A stretch of 61,976 bases of DNA, counting the filler. It is 5 parts of 5 records of this genome, joined end to end, with 100 filler letters (N's around TTAATTAATTAA, not from the genome) between each part and the next. Parts side by side here need not be neighbours in the genome. Positions count along the whole stretch, not along the records: positions 26,153 to 43,697 come from SRR20825010_71; 4 more parts are not named here. One strand, given 5' to 3'. The notes beneath the pieces were generated by a model. The model did no database searches and was not told where the DNA came from. It saw only the letters and a list, made by a program, of their open reading frames with translations. Within the stretch, counting starts at the first letter, position 1, and every line of letters starts with the position of its first letter. Positions 30,555 through 39,289 of this stretch are shown here, piece by piece. Position numbers and translations under genes: made by a program.

Positions 30555-30856
30555 ATCTCACCTTTTTCACGAATGCGCTCATGGTGCTGGATCACTTCCC
30601 TGATCACGAACTGGAGGAACTTCTCACTAAATTCAGGGTCCAGATTGGCAGACTTTGCGAGATCGCGTAGCCGTTCAATCTGCTTTTGCTCGCGGCTCGG
30701 GTCTGCTGGTGGCAGATCGTGTTCCTTCTTATAGAAACCAACTGCCTTGGTAATTTTAAACCTCTCCGCCAACATGAACACCAGCGCCGCATCGATATTG
30801 TCGATACTTTCGCGGTACGCTGTTAGCTGGGCCTCATGGGTTTGCGCCTCTGTCAC
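30551..30856 (-). CDS. Chorismate mutase (AroQ/CM_2 type); GTG start
   Basis: YRESIDNIDAALVFMLAERF...DPSREQKQIERL; GGAGGA RBS before GTG at 30856. Confidence 0.88.
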   Translation of the reverse strand: MTEAQTHEAQLTAYRESIDNIDAALVFMLAERFKITKAVGFYKKEHDLPPADPSREQKQIERLRDLAKSANLDPEFSEKFLQFVIREVIQHHERIREKGEI

Positions 30857-30875
30857 GCGGTCCTCCGTCACAAAT

Positions 30876-31757
30876 TTAAAGTCCAAACCGGTTCCAGAAG
30901 AGCCGTTCTTCAATCGCTGATAGCATCTCTTGCGGTAAGTCGGCCATCGTGTTGCTCTCTCCCCCGTCACCCATGCTGCGGCCAAGGCCAAGCAGTGCAG
31001 AGAAACGAGGCTTCCTTTCGCCAATCACGCGCATACGCACCTTTTTGCCGAACCGGTCCCGGAGTACTGTCCGAATGTCACCAATGCCGTCAATGAGACC
31101 CATTTTGACAGCATCCGTACCAGTGAACACATCCCCGGAGAAAATACGCGCCCTCAGCCCTTTCAGGCGCTTGCCCCGGCGATCCTTCACCAGGGTCTTG
31201 AAATGTTCGTGGATATCAAGCTGGATGGCTTTAAGCCGCTCAACATCTTCTTCCTTTTCTTCTGAAAAGGAATCCAGCATCGCCTTGCTTTCACCCGCTG
31301 TATACAGCCGCCGCTCAATACCAAGTTTTTTAATCGCCTCGGTGAAACCAAAGCCGCTGGAGATTACGCCTATGCTGCCCACGATTGAAGATTCGTTGGC
31401 GTAAATCTCATCACCCGCCAGCGCGAGCATATAACCACCGGAGGCCGCAACATCTTCAGCAAACACCAGCACGGGGATATCTTTCTCCCGCGCGAGAGCG
31501 CGGATGCGCCCTGTAATAAGCGCCGACTGCACTGGCGAGCCACCAGGTGAGTTGACCTGCAGCGCAACCGCCGCAACACCCGGCATGGAAAAGGCTTGCT
31601 CGAGCTGTCCGGCAACCGAAGCCATATTGATGCCACCCCGGAAACGCTTACCCGCCGCAATAACACCATAGAGCCGCACGACAGCAACCTTGGGAGGCGG
31701 GTCCCCAAACAGAGTGCACCTGAGGGTGTGGATGAATTTTGAAATTTTCCGTTGCAT
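30876..31757 (-). CDS. S49 family peptidase (SppA-like)
   Basis: VNSPGGSPVQS, DVAASGGY, GSIGVI. Confidence 0.92.
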   Translation of the reverse strand: MQRKISKFIHTLRCTLFGDPPPKVAVVRLYGVIAAGKRFRGGINMASVAGQLEQAFSMPGVAAVALQVNSPGGSPVQSALITGRIRALAREKDIPVLVFAEDVAASGGYMLALAGDEIYANESSIVGSIGVISSGFGFTEAIKKLGIERRLYTAGESKAMLDSFSEEKEEDVERLKAIQLDIHEHFKTLVKDRRGKRLKGLRARIFSGDVFTGTDAVKMGLIDGIGDIRTVLRDRFGKKVRMRVIGERKPRFSALLGLGRSMGDGGESNTMADLPQEMLSAIEERLFWNRFGL

Positions 31758-31783
31758 ACGGCTGCTTTGCTTTCGTTTCGCCC

Positions 31784-32626
31784 TCAATAACGGCTTTGTC
31801 GTTGTCGTGCAAAGTCTTTCAGGTCCAGCGCCGCGCCGTCACGCAGAATAGCTTCAGCCTCACGGGTATATCGCGCCACCTCACCATGCAGGGCAAGGCC
31901 CGGCAAAATACTGGCTGCACCGTGCACACCTTTGCGACCTTGAATGATAACGCGTTTTGCCGGTGCCCCAAAACGCGGCCACAACGGCATGATTTTCAGT
32001 TCCCCCACCCGCCGGTGCAGGTGCGCAATCACTTCATCCACCCGGTCAGCCCGATAGATGATGGAAACAGTGCCTCTGTTCTTGACTACATGAATGCAGA
32101 ATTTGATCCAGTCAGAGAGCGCGGCGGACGAATCCATATGCGCGAGCCCCTTGTTCTCAACGGGTGGGCGAATGCCTCGGCCATCGGCCAAATAGGGCGG
32201 GTTCACCATCACATGATCAAAGGTGGCCTCACCAATGTCGCGGCCCTCAATACAGCCTTTTGCCACACTGACCTGATCCCCCAAGTTGTTATAATCGATA
32301 TTACGCTGCGCATAGGCGAGCATGTCATCTTGAATATCGATTCCAAAGACCTGTACGCCAGGCACTCGACGCGCAAGGCATAGCGCGGCGCCCGCAGACC
32401 CAACTCCACCCTCAATCACGCGTTCACCGGCCTTCGCGGGAACAGAGGCCGCCAGCATCACCGTATCCATCGAGACCCGGTACCCATCTTTGGGTTGAAT
32501 GAGCTTGATCGCGCCCCCCAAAAAATCATCAACCGTAAAGGTTTGGCCCTCAGCCTCACCCGCGGTGATTGTAGTATCCTCTAGTGTCACTTGCTGTGTC
32601 ATCGGGCCTGTCACCGCCTGGTTCAC
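31784..32626 (-). CDS. tRNA1(Val) A37 N6-methyltransferase-like SAM methyltransferase; start codon uncertain
   Basis: QPKDGYR...D, GGVGSAGA SAM loop, NPPY; familiar ispB-MTase-S49-glyQ neighbourhood. Confidence 0.85.
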   Translation of the reverse strand: MNQAVTGPMTQQVTLEDTTITAGEAEGQTFTVDDFLGGAIKLIQPKDGYRVSMDTVMLAASVPAKAGERVIEGGVGSAGAALCLARRVPGVQVFGIDIQDDMLAYAQRNIDYNNLGDQVSVAKGCIEGRDIGEATFDHVMVNPPYLADGRGIRPPVENKGLAHMDSSAALSDWIKFCIHVVKNRGTVSIIYRADRVDEVIAHLHRRVGELKIMPLWPRFGAPAKRVIIQGRKGVHGAASILPGLALHGEVARYTREAEAILRDGAALDLKDFARQRQSRY

Positions 32627-32771
32627 GTTTTATTCATTTTTCATGGGTGATTGTACGTGGAAATTATCTGCGGTCAAATGACACACATGTGGCCGCTATA
32701 CCTTGCCTTCACTTTATCCCGGCGGTATTGTCCGCCAACAAAAAAAGAACACCAGCAGCGTTGAGGTCACC

Positions 32772-33800
32772 ATGCCAACTAATGTCGTTCCCATTCACGG
32801 TCGCCGCGAAGCGGATGCAACCGAAAACCCGATCAAGGTCCTCCAGGATCTTGTCGCCGATGATATGAATCTGGTGAACGAGCTTATTCTTGACCGCATG
32901 CAAAGCCCTGTTGCGCTCATTCCCGAGCTTGCAGGCCACCTCATCTCATCTGGCGGGAAGCGCCTGCGTCCGATGCTCACGCTCGCATCCGCACTTATGC
33001 TTGGCTATGAAGGCAAACGGCATATAGGCCTCGCGACAGCCGTTGAATTTATTCACACCGCAACCCTTTTGCATGACGATGTTGTTGATGAAAGCAATAT
33101 GCGGCGTGGGAAAAAAACCGCAAACCTGATCTGGGGCAATCAGCCCACAGTCCTGGTTGGGGATTTCTTGTTCAGCCGCGCATTTGAATTGATGGTGGAG
33201 AGCGATTCGCTTCGCGTGCTTAAAATTCTTTCAAACACCTCCGCTGTCATCACGGAAGGTGAAGTGCTGCAGCTTACCACCGCCAACGACCTGACAACGC
33301 CTGAGGAAAAATACCTTGAGGTGATCACCGCCAAAACCGCTGTGCTTTTCGCCGCCGCGTGTGAGGTGGCCGGTGTGGTCTCAGAGCAAGGCCGTGAAGT
33401 TGAAGAAGCGCTGGACGCATACGGCAAATATCTTGGCATCGCGTTCCAGTTGGTTGACGACGCCCTGGATTATTCTGCGGTGCAGGCAACGCTCGGTAAA
33501 GAAATTGGCGATGATTTCCGCGAAGGCAAAGTAACGCTGCCTGTTATCCTCGCCTTCCGCCGCGGAACAGATGAAGAGAAAGCCTTCTGGAAACGCACAG
33601 TCGAGCGTCGCCGCCAGGAAGACGGAGACCTGGAGAAAGCCATCCGCTTACTTGGCGAGCATGATACGCTGAACGGTACGATTGACCGAGCGCGCCATTA
33701 CGGCTCCATGGCCAAAGATGCGCTCGCCATTTTTAAAGACCACCCTGCCAAAACCGCACTGCTCGACATCGTGGATTTCTGCATCGACCGGGCATATTAA
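32772..33800 (+). CDS. ispB: Long-chain trans-polyprenyl diphosphate synthase
   Basis: GGKRLRP, HDDVVD and VDDALD DDxxD motifs, GDDFREGK; GAGG RBS before ATG at 32772. Confidence 0.93.
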   Translation: MPTNVVPIHGRREADATENPIKVLQDLVADDMNLVNELILDRMQSPVALIPELAGHLISSGGKRLRPMLTLASALMLGYEGKRHIGLATAVEFIHTATLLHDDVVDESNMRRGKKTANLIWGNQPTVLVGDFLFSRAFELMVESDSLRVLKILSNTSAVITEGEVLQLTTANDLTTPEEKYLEVITAKTAVLFAAACEVAGVVSEQGREVEEALDAYGKYLGIAFQLVDDALDYSAVQATLGKEIGDDFREGKVTLPVILAFRRGTDEEKAFWKRTVERRRQEDGDLEKAIRLLGEHDTLNGTIDRARHYGSMAKDALAIFKDHPAKTALLDIVDFCIDRAY

Positions 33801-33811
33801 AGACCAAGGCC

Positions 33812-34396
33812 TCACTTAAGGATTTCCTGTACTCTCGCTTTGAGAACCGGCAAAACGGCCGCCTCAAACCAATCGTTCTTCTTCAGCCAGATATTGTTGC
33901 GCGGGCTTGGATGCGGCAACAAAAGCGCATTGGGCAATTGGTCCTTGAATTGTTTCACGCCGTCCGTGAGCGACAGTCCCTTGAGCGCAGGCAGATGCCA
34001 GTCTTTCGCGTAAGCACCAATCACAAGCGTGAGCCCGATTTTGGGCATCAGATCAAGCATCCGTTGCCGCCATTTGGGTGCACACTCTGGCCTTGGCGGC
34101 AAATCACCTGAGCGGCCACGCCCTGGGTAGCAAAAGCCCATTGGCAAGATAGCAACATGCTCGGGGTTATAAAAAATGTCTCGAGTGATGCCCATCCAGT
34201 CACGCAGACGCGCGCCGCTGGCATCGTCAAACGGTATTCCACTGGCATGAACCTTTGTGCCCGGTGCCTGCCCGGCGATTAGGATACGGGCGTTTGCATG
34301 CACCTGAAACACAGGCCGTGGGCCAAGTGCTAGCTCACCAGCACATATCTGACAGGCCCGCGCTTCCTCGCTTATTTTTCCCAGTGCATCACTCAT
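33812..34396 (-). CDS. Uracil-DNA glycosylase superfamily protein
   Basis: GQAPG, PFDDASG, MGFCYPG, LPHPSPRN. Confidence 0.88.
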   Translation of the reverse strand: MSDALGKISEEARACQICAGELALGPRPVFQVHANARILIAGQAPGTKVHASGIPFDDASGARLRDWMGITRDIFYNPEHVAILPMGFCYPGRGRSGDLPPRPECAPKWRQRMLDLMPKIGLTLVIGAYAKDWHLPALKGLSLTDGVKQFKDQLPNALLLPHPSPRNNIWLKKNDWFEAAVLPVLKARVQEILK

Positions 34397-34562
34397 TTCC
34401 AGATGCCTCCTCCATGTGAACTAACGCGCACTGGCCGCCATGATCAAATCACAACTAGTTGCCTCAAAACCGAACCTTTGCCCTAAACACAAGCGCAATT
34501 GACCTCAAAGCAGCTTTAAGTGTCTGCTACTTGTCAATCAAAAGGGGATGTGAGGAAATGAT

Positions 34563-35516
34563 ATGAAGAAGAACACGATCACTCTGGCGCTGGCGCTCTG
34601 CCTGTTTTCGCTACCTGCCGTTCAGGCCGACGACGATGGGAAAACAGCAAAAGTTCACCGCTTTGTCGCCAATCATCTTGCGTGGAGCACAAATTCCTAT
34701 TGGATTGAGGGGCCCGACGGCATTGCGCTTATTGATGCCCAGTTGGTGCCATCAGATGCAACGCTTCTGGCCGCGCAAATCAAGGCAAGCGGTAAAATCC
34801 TCAAAGGTGTGATCATCACCCATCCGCACATGGATCATTTCGGCGGTTTGCCAACACTTAAGGATGAACTCGGTGACTTTCCAGTCTATGCGAGCCAGGT
34901 AACGGCAGACAACCTGGCAAGCGTGCACACACAAATTCTTGGTTTTTACCCGATGCCAAATGCTTTTGGTGAAGCGTTAGATGAAAGACTGGGTGTCATT
35001 ACCGATATCATAAGCGATGGTGAAGAGCTCTCCATCGCAGGGCTTTCCTTCAACATTCATCTGCTTGGTGCCGGTGAGGCGGCAGACAACGCCGCCATTT
35101 ACCAGAAAGACCTGAATGTTATTTTCGCAGGCGATACCTACTATCCGCACACCCACTATTATGTTGGTGAAGGGCATTTGGACGGCGCAATCGCGCATCT
35201 AGAGTTCCTTAAAAACACCTATCCTGCTGATACATTTGTTTTGCCGGGCCACAATGATGTCTCCCGCCTGACATCTGCGGACGAACAGATTTCTTACATC
35301 AAATCCGTGCAGGAACTAACGTTCGATGCAATGTCCAACCCTGAAAACGTGGCAGAAAACGGCTATCTGACCCAAAACGCCAGGCGGGCTGTGGTGGATA
35401 GCCTGCTTGAGAAATATCGCTCTTATGACGACTTCGGCTTCAACCCGCGCCAACTGGTAGCTGGCAACGTGTTTGGGGCGGAGAAGGAAATCGTCACAAA
35501 GCAAAAGGGCATGTAA
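34563..35516 (+). CDS. Secreted metallo-beta-lactamase-fold hydrolase
   Basis: Signal peptide; THPHMDH, AGD, PGH. Confidence 0.85.
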   Translation: MKKNTITLALALCLFSLPAVQADDDGKTAKVHRFVANHLAWSTNSYWIEGPDGIALIDAQLVPSDATLLAAQIKASGKILKGVIITHPHMDHFGGLPTLKDELGDFPVYASQVTADNLASVHTQILGFYPMPNAFGEALDERLGVITDIISDGEELSIAGLSFNIHLLGAGEAADNAAIYQKDLNVIFAGDTYYPHTHYYVGEGHLDGAIAHLEFLKNTYPADTFVLPGHNDVSRLTSADEQISYIKSVQELTFDAMSNPENVAENGYLTQNARRAVVDSLLEKYRSYDDFGFNPRQLVAGNVFGAEKEIVTKQKGM

Positions 35517-35525
35517 GCCCGCCCA

Positions 35526-36671
35526 CTATGGCTTCTGCCGCGACCAGGTTTGTGGCAAGGCTTCCCGAATGCGGCGCACACTATCGAGTAGGCACACTTC
35601 AGTTTTCGCAAGTGGGCCAGAGGTGAAGCTTGAGGAGGCCATACCGTCCTGCACCCGGTTGATGATAGCCGTATCTTCGGCATTCACTTCCCGGTTGATG
35701 CGCCAGTTCAGGTATCGCGCAGCCTTCATTTCGCGCCTATCGTCCGGCAACACATAAGCAACTTCACGGATCAGCGTTTCAAACGGGGAAACCGGGATAA
35801 ATTGCATGAAATCCACTTGGTCAGGATAGATATCCAGCGCAACGTTTGGCCAAAGGCGATAGTACGCCCAGTGGCGCTGTTTATCGGCCGTCAAATGAGC
35901 CACTTCGGGCAATATTTTTCTATAGGCGCGGGTCGACCAGCAGTCTTTGCGCGTTTCCATCACGTCGCCCCACATCTTGTGAATATCGCCCTTCACTTCC
36001 ATGCCGTAAGTGTTGCCCACAAGGCCCGAAAGACCAGGGTGTGCAACCGGGATATGAAGTGCATCCACATAATTGTCCGCGATCTGTTTCCAGTTTACTG
36101 CACGCGGGCGCAACGTCACACGGCCAAGCGGCTGCATTTCATCGATACGGTAAGGAAGTATCTCATCAAGGTAAGGTGCAAACTGGTCGGCAACGCCAGG
36201 GCCGTCCACCTTTCCGTCAAGCCGTGCCCAAATGAAACCCACAAACATTTCGCTCGGCAGCGTCGCCAGACCGTGCTCATTTCTATCAAATGCCTCGAAA
36301 TCCCGTTCATAAGGTACATTGATTAGCGTACCTTCAAGGTCCCATGTCCAGGCGTGATAAGGACACCGAATGCGCTGTCCGCATTCCCCCTGACCGCCTT
36401 CCAGAAGTCGTGAACCACGGTGCCTGCAAACATTGTGGAATACCCTAACGGCGCCATCTTTTCCACGCACCGCCACCACACGCTCGTTCAGGATATCAAG
36501 GGTGACATAATCACCCACATTCGGCAGGTCATTCTGGTGGCAAACTAATTGCCAGGACGGGCGAATAACCGCCTCCATCTCATCCTTGAAGTACCCGGCA
36601 TCGGAGTACGTCCAGGACGGCAGGCTTTCATAAGCGTTTGTGACTGAGGTCATTTTATTGCTCTCATCCAT
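35526..36671 (-). CDS. Rieske non-heme iron oxygenase alpha subunit (choline monooxygenase/N-demethylase-like group)
   Basis: Rieske CRHRG...CPYHAW; mononuclear Fe site NWKQIADNYVDALHIPVAH; C-terminal ED...VQDG. Confidence 0.9.
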   Translation of the reverse strand: MDESNKMTSVTNAYESLPSWTYSDAGYFKDEMEAVIRPSWQLVCHQNDLPNVGDYVTLDILNERVVAVRGKDGAVRVFHNVCRHRGSRLLEGGQGECGQRIRCPYHAWTWDLEGTLINVPYERDFEAFDRNEHGLATLPSEMFVGFIWARLDGKVDGPGVADQFAPYLDEILPYRIDEMQPLGRVTLRPRAVNWKQIADNYVDALHIPVAHPGLSGLVGNTYGMEVKGDIHKMWGDVMETRKDCWSTRAYRKILPEVAHLTADKQRHWAYYRLWPNVALDIYPDQVDFMQFIPVSPFETLIREVAYVLPDDRREMKAARYLNWRINREVNAEDTAIINRVQDGMASSSFTSGPLAKTEVCLLDSVRRIREALPQTWSRQKP

Positions 36672-36677
36672 CGCACA

Positions 36678-37553
36678 CTATTCCCGTACAAGCGGCCGGG
36701 TGAGACAGGTTGGGCCGCCTTCCCCCTTACGGCTGATTTCATCGCCTTTATAAGTCTGCACCTTACATCCCGCAGCTTCAAGCCGCGCCTTGGTTTTCGG
36801 CAGGCCGTCAAGCATCAACAGGTCTCTGGGCCTGAGAGCGAGCACGTTGCAGCCCATGGGAATGAATTCTTCTTCCGGCACCTCCACAAAGGCGATGCCA
36901 CGGGCTGTGAGCCAAGCTATGAACGTATCCGGCACCAAAGGCGCATATATCAGGGCCAAATCTTTATCCAGCGGGCTGATCATCGACATGAGATGAAATA
37001 CATCTTCCGGATGGCTTGGGGCCGGCAGCGGCACCACATGTACCTCAACCTTGCTGCCCAATATTTCCCTCAATTGCCGAATACCCTCTGCATTGGTGCG
37101 CGGGCCTTCGCCCACAGCCAAGGCGTTGTCGTCAAGCCAGATCATATCACCACCCTCAATGGTGCCGGGTGGTGTGATTTCGCCTGCTACCTCATAGCCA
37201 AGTGCCTGCAGTTGCGCAGCGTTTTGTGCAGGTTCACCCCAGCGGCTCACACGTCCCATATTACAACGGATAAGCCCTTTGGGGCTAACGAGCAGCGCGT
37301 CACGCGCATAAATGCTATCTAGCGTCAACTCACCGCTGCACTCAAGCTCCACCACCTCAGCCCCAGCGTTTGAAAGCGCGGCCCTAAGCACATCATGTTC
37401 CGCGTTCGCTGCCATAAGATCAGGAGCTTCATAGAACCTCAGGGCCTGCCACTCTTTGGCGATTTTCTCTGCTGATCGATATGCCTGCGCGGGTGTCCGC
37501 ACCGCTACCGCCTTGATAACCCCATATTCGTTCATTCCAGACAACGCTCTCAA
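36678..37553 (-). CDS. Amidinotransferase/dimethylargininase (DDAH/pentein) family protein; start codon uncertain
   Basis: DSIYARD, IEGGD, RTNAEG, FHLMS, catalytic GEGGPTCLT. Confidence 0.87.
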   Translation of the reverse strand: MRALSGMNEYGVIKAVAVRTPAQAYRSAEKIAKEWQALRFYEAPDLMAANAEHDVLRAALSNAGAEVVELECSGELTLDSIYARDALLVSPKGLIRCNMGRVSRWGEPAQNAAQLQALGYEVAGEITPPGTIEGGDMIWLDDNALAVGEGPRTNAEGIRQLREILGSKVEVHVVPLPAPSHPEDVFHLMSMISPLDKDLALIYAPLVPDTFIAWLTARGIAFVEVPEEEFIPMGCNVLALRPRDLLMLDGLPKTKARLEAAGCKVQTYKGDEISRKGEGGPTCLTRPLVRE

Positions 37554-37554
37554 C

Positions 37555-38883
37555 CTACGTTTCCTTCAAACTAGCTTGCACACGTCGCTGCGCTGTGACC
37601 CATACGTAGATCGGCACACCTGCCAGCAATAGAAGCAGCGCCCAATACACGCTGTCTCGTCCTGAGCCTGCAATCACCCACACAGCGTAGGCGAAACCTA
37701 TCGCCGCAACTACCGTATCGCGCAAATGCCCAACCTTTGAGGCTGATGGGTCGCGCACTGCAAACAACCACGCAGACGCGGCCGACATCGCCACGGGTAA
37801 AATTGCCGTTATAGTCGCCAGCAAAATGAGGAACTCAAACGCGACGATCAGTCCATCAACAAAATTCAGTGCAAGCGAGATAGATGCCAACACACCACCA
37901 ATAATGAAGGATATAGCTGGCGTGCCATATCGTGTCAGCTTGCCGAACGGGCTAGGGAATAAACCATCAAGCGCCGCCGCCATGGGCATCTGGCCAACCG
38001 CAAAAACATTTGCGTTCACGCCGCTACCCGTCGCGACCAAGGCAATCAACGCCACAATAGTCGCGCCCATTGGGCCAACAAGAGCTGAAGCGGCATCCGC
38101 AAGCGGTGCTGTTGATTGCATCAACTGCTCGGCAGGCAATAACCCAAACGCAGCCATGGTCACCGCAAAATAGAGCACTACCACAGCCAGTACGCCAGCC
38201 ATCGTTGCGCGTGGAATGGTACGCGCCGGGTCTTGCACCTCGCCAGCGGGTATGGTGCAAACTTCAAAGCCAATAAATGCCCACATGGCCAAAGCACTGG
38301 CTGCCGCTGTGGCGGAGAGCGGACTTTGGGGCTCAATCATGCCGGCGTAATTCGCGCTTTCAACACTCACCAGCCCAAACAAGGCCAAAAACAACAGCGG
38401 CAGGAACTTTGCCAGGCTGGTTATAAGCTGCAGAGCGCTGGAGCCTCGTACACTGCGGCAGTTGATAATTACCAGCCCCCATATAAGAGCGAGGCCACAA
38501 GCAAGAGAGGCGTTTGGCGATGATCGAAGCGTGGGGAAAAACTCAGCCAAGTATCCGATGAAAGCGACAGTCACCGCAGCGACAGAAACCCACACGGAGA
38601 CCCAATACCCCCACGCCATCAAAAAACCAGTGAAGTCACCAAACCCCGCCCTTGTATATGCATAAGGACCACCACTGACGGTAACGCGCCGGGCCATATA
38701 GGCGAGCGAGAACGCAAGCGCCACAGTGCCACCACCGGTTACCAGCCAGCTCAGGAGTGCATATTTACCAAAAGGCGCCAGAACTGTTGGCAACATGAAG
38801 ACACCGGAGCCCACCATCATGCCGATAGACAGGCCCCACGTGCGCCAAAACCCCATGACGCGCTTTTTCTCTTCCACCAGCAC
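37555..38883 (-). CDS. APC-family amino acid/polyamine permease (AdiC/ArcD-like)
   Basis: MVGSGVFMLP, GGPYAY, WGYW, WAFIGFE, about 12 TMs; GGGGGAG RBS before GTG. Confidence 0.9.
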   Translation of the reverse strand: MLVEEKKRVMGFWRTWGLSIGMMVGSGVFMLPTVLAPFGKYALLSWLVTGGGTVALAFSLAYMARRVTVSGGPYAYTRAGFGDFTGFLMAWGYWVSVWVSVAAVTVAFIGYLAEFFPTLRSSPNASLACGLALIWGLVIINCRSVRGSSALQLITSLAKFLPLLFLALFGLVSVESANYAGMIEPQSPLSATAAASALAMWAFIGFEVCTIPAGEVQDPARTIPRATMAGVLAVVVLYFAVTMAAFGLLPAEQLMQSTAPLADAASALVGPMGATIVALIALVATGSGVNANVFAVGQMPMAAALDGLFPSPFGKLTRYGTPAISFIIGGVLASISLALNFVDGLIVAFEFLILLATITAILPVAMSAASAWLFAVRDPSASKVGHLRDTVVAAIGFAYAVWVIAGSGRDSVYWALLLLLAGVPIYVWVTAQRRVQASLKET

Positions 38884-38944
38884 TTCTCCCCCACTGATTT
38901 AAACCGAGCCTAGCGCAAGGGGATGAAATGTCACGGAAATAGAG

Positions 38945-39007
38945 TGTCCCATATTGAGACATCAAAAACTGTATCATTTCAGGACATCTCTGTCCCCGCC
39001 TGATACA
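38945..39007. promoter_or_regulatory. Three tandem TGT-N11-ACA sites (candidate enhancer-binding-protein UAS)
   Basis: TGTCCCATATTGAGACA (38945), TGTATCATTTCAGGACA (38970), TGTCCCCGCCTGATACA (38991). Confidence 0.6.
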
Positions 39008-39058
39008 GTCAAGTGTTCATCATTCCCTATCTATCTGAAATCACTTAATATTTATTTC

Positions 39059-39074
39059 TGGCACACCCGTTGCG
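39059..39074 (+). promoter_or_regulatory. Sigma-54 -24/-12 promoter
   Basis: TGGCAC-ACCCG-TTGC with exact GG-N10-GC spacing; predicted TSS about 39085. Confidence 0.75.
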
Positions 39075-39084
39075 AATACAAAAA

Positions 39085-39245
39085 CGAACCTGGTGCTCCG
39101 GCTGCCACCTGGCACAGGTTTCCAAGTTTAAGGGTTGCATCTAGCTGCCACTGCCTGCGACCTGACGAAATCGAAGTCCGACTACACCTCAATGCCCCAC
39201 CTCAATCCGCTGGTGTAGTCGGCTTCGACCCATTTTCCTTTCCCC
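39085..39245 (+). ncRNA. Candidate sigma-54-dependent three-hairpin small RNA (or structured leader)
   Basis: Stems 39087-39120, 39132-39163 and 39171-39228; GCTGCCAC in loops 1 and 2, TGCCCCAC in loop 3; pyrimidine tail. Confidence 0.6.
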
Positions 39246-39289
39246 AACACCAGATACCGTTTAGTCATAAGCGCAGATCCGACTAAGGA

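Noticed and set aside
30857-31024. N-terminal extension of the chorismate mutase ORF
   Set aside because: Overlaps the S49 gene; the RBS plus GTG at 30856 is a better start
26234-33439. Many overlapping antisense and alternate-frame ORFs in the GC-rich segments (also 52888-61755)
   Set aside because: Shadows of well-supported genes, with no motifs of their own
38884-38900. Pairing of loop-3 CCCCAC with the permease RBS region (GTGGGG)
   Set aside because: Only about 6 bp of complementarity, which is expected by chance
38954-39286. 110-aa ORF over the sigma-54/RNA region
   Set aside because: TTG start without an RBS, no recognisable motif, and it runs through the enhancer sites, promoter and hairpins; a non-coding reading explains the region better
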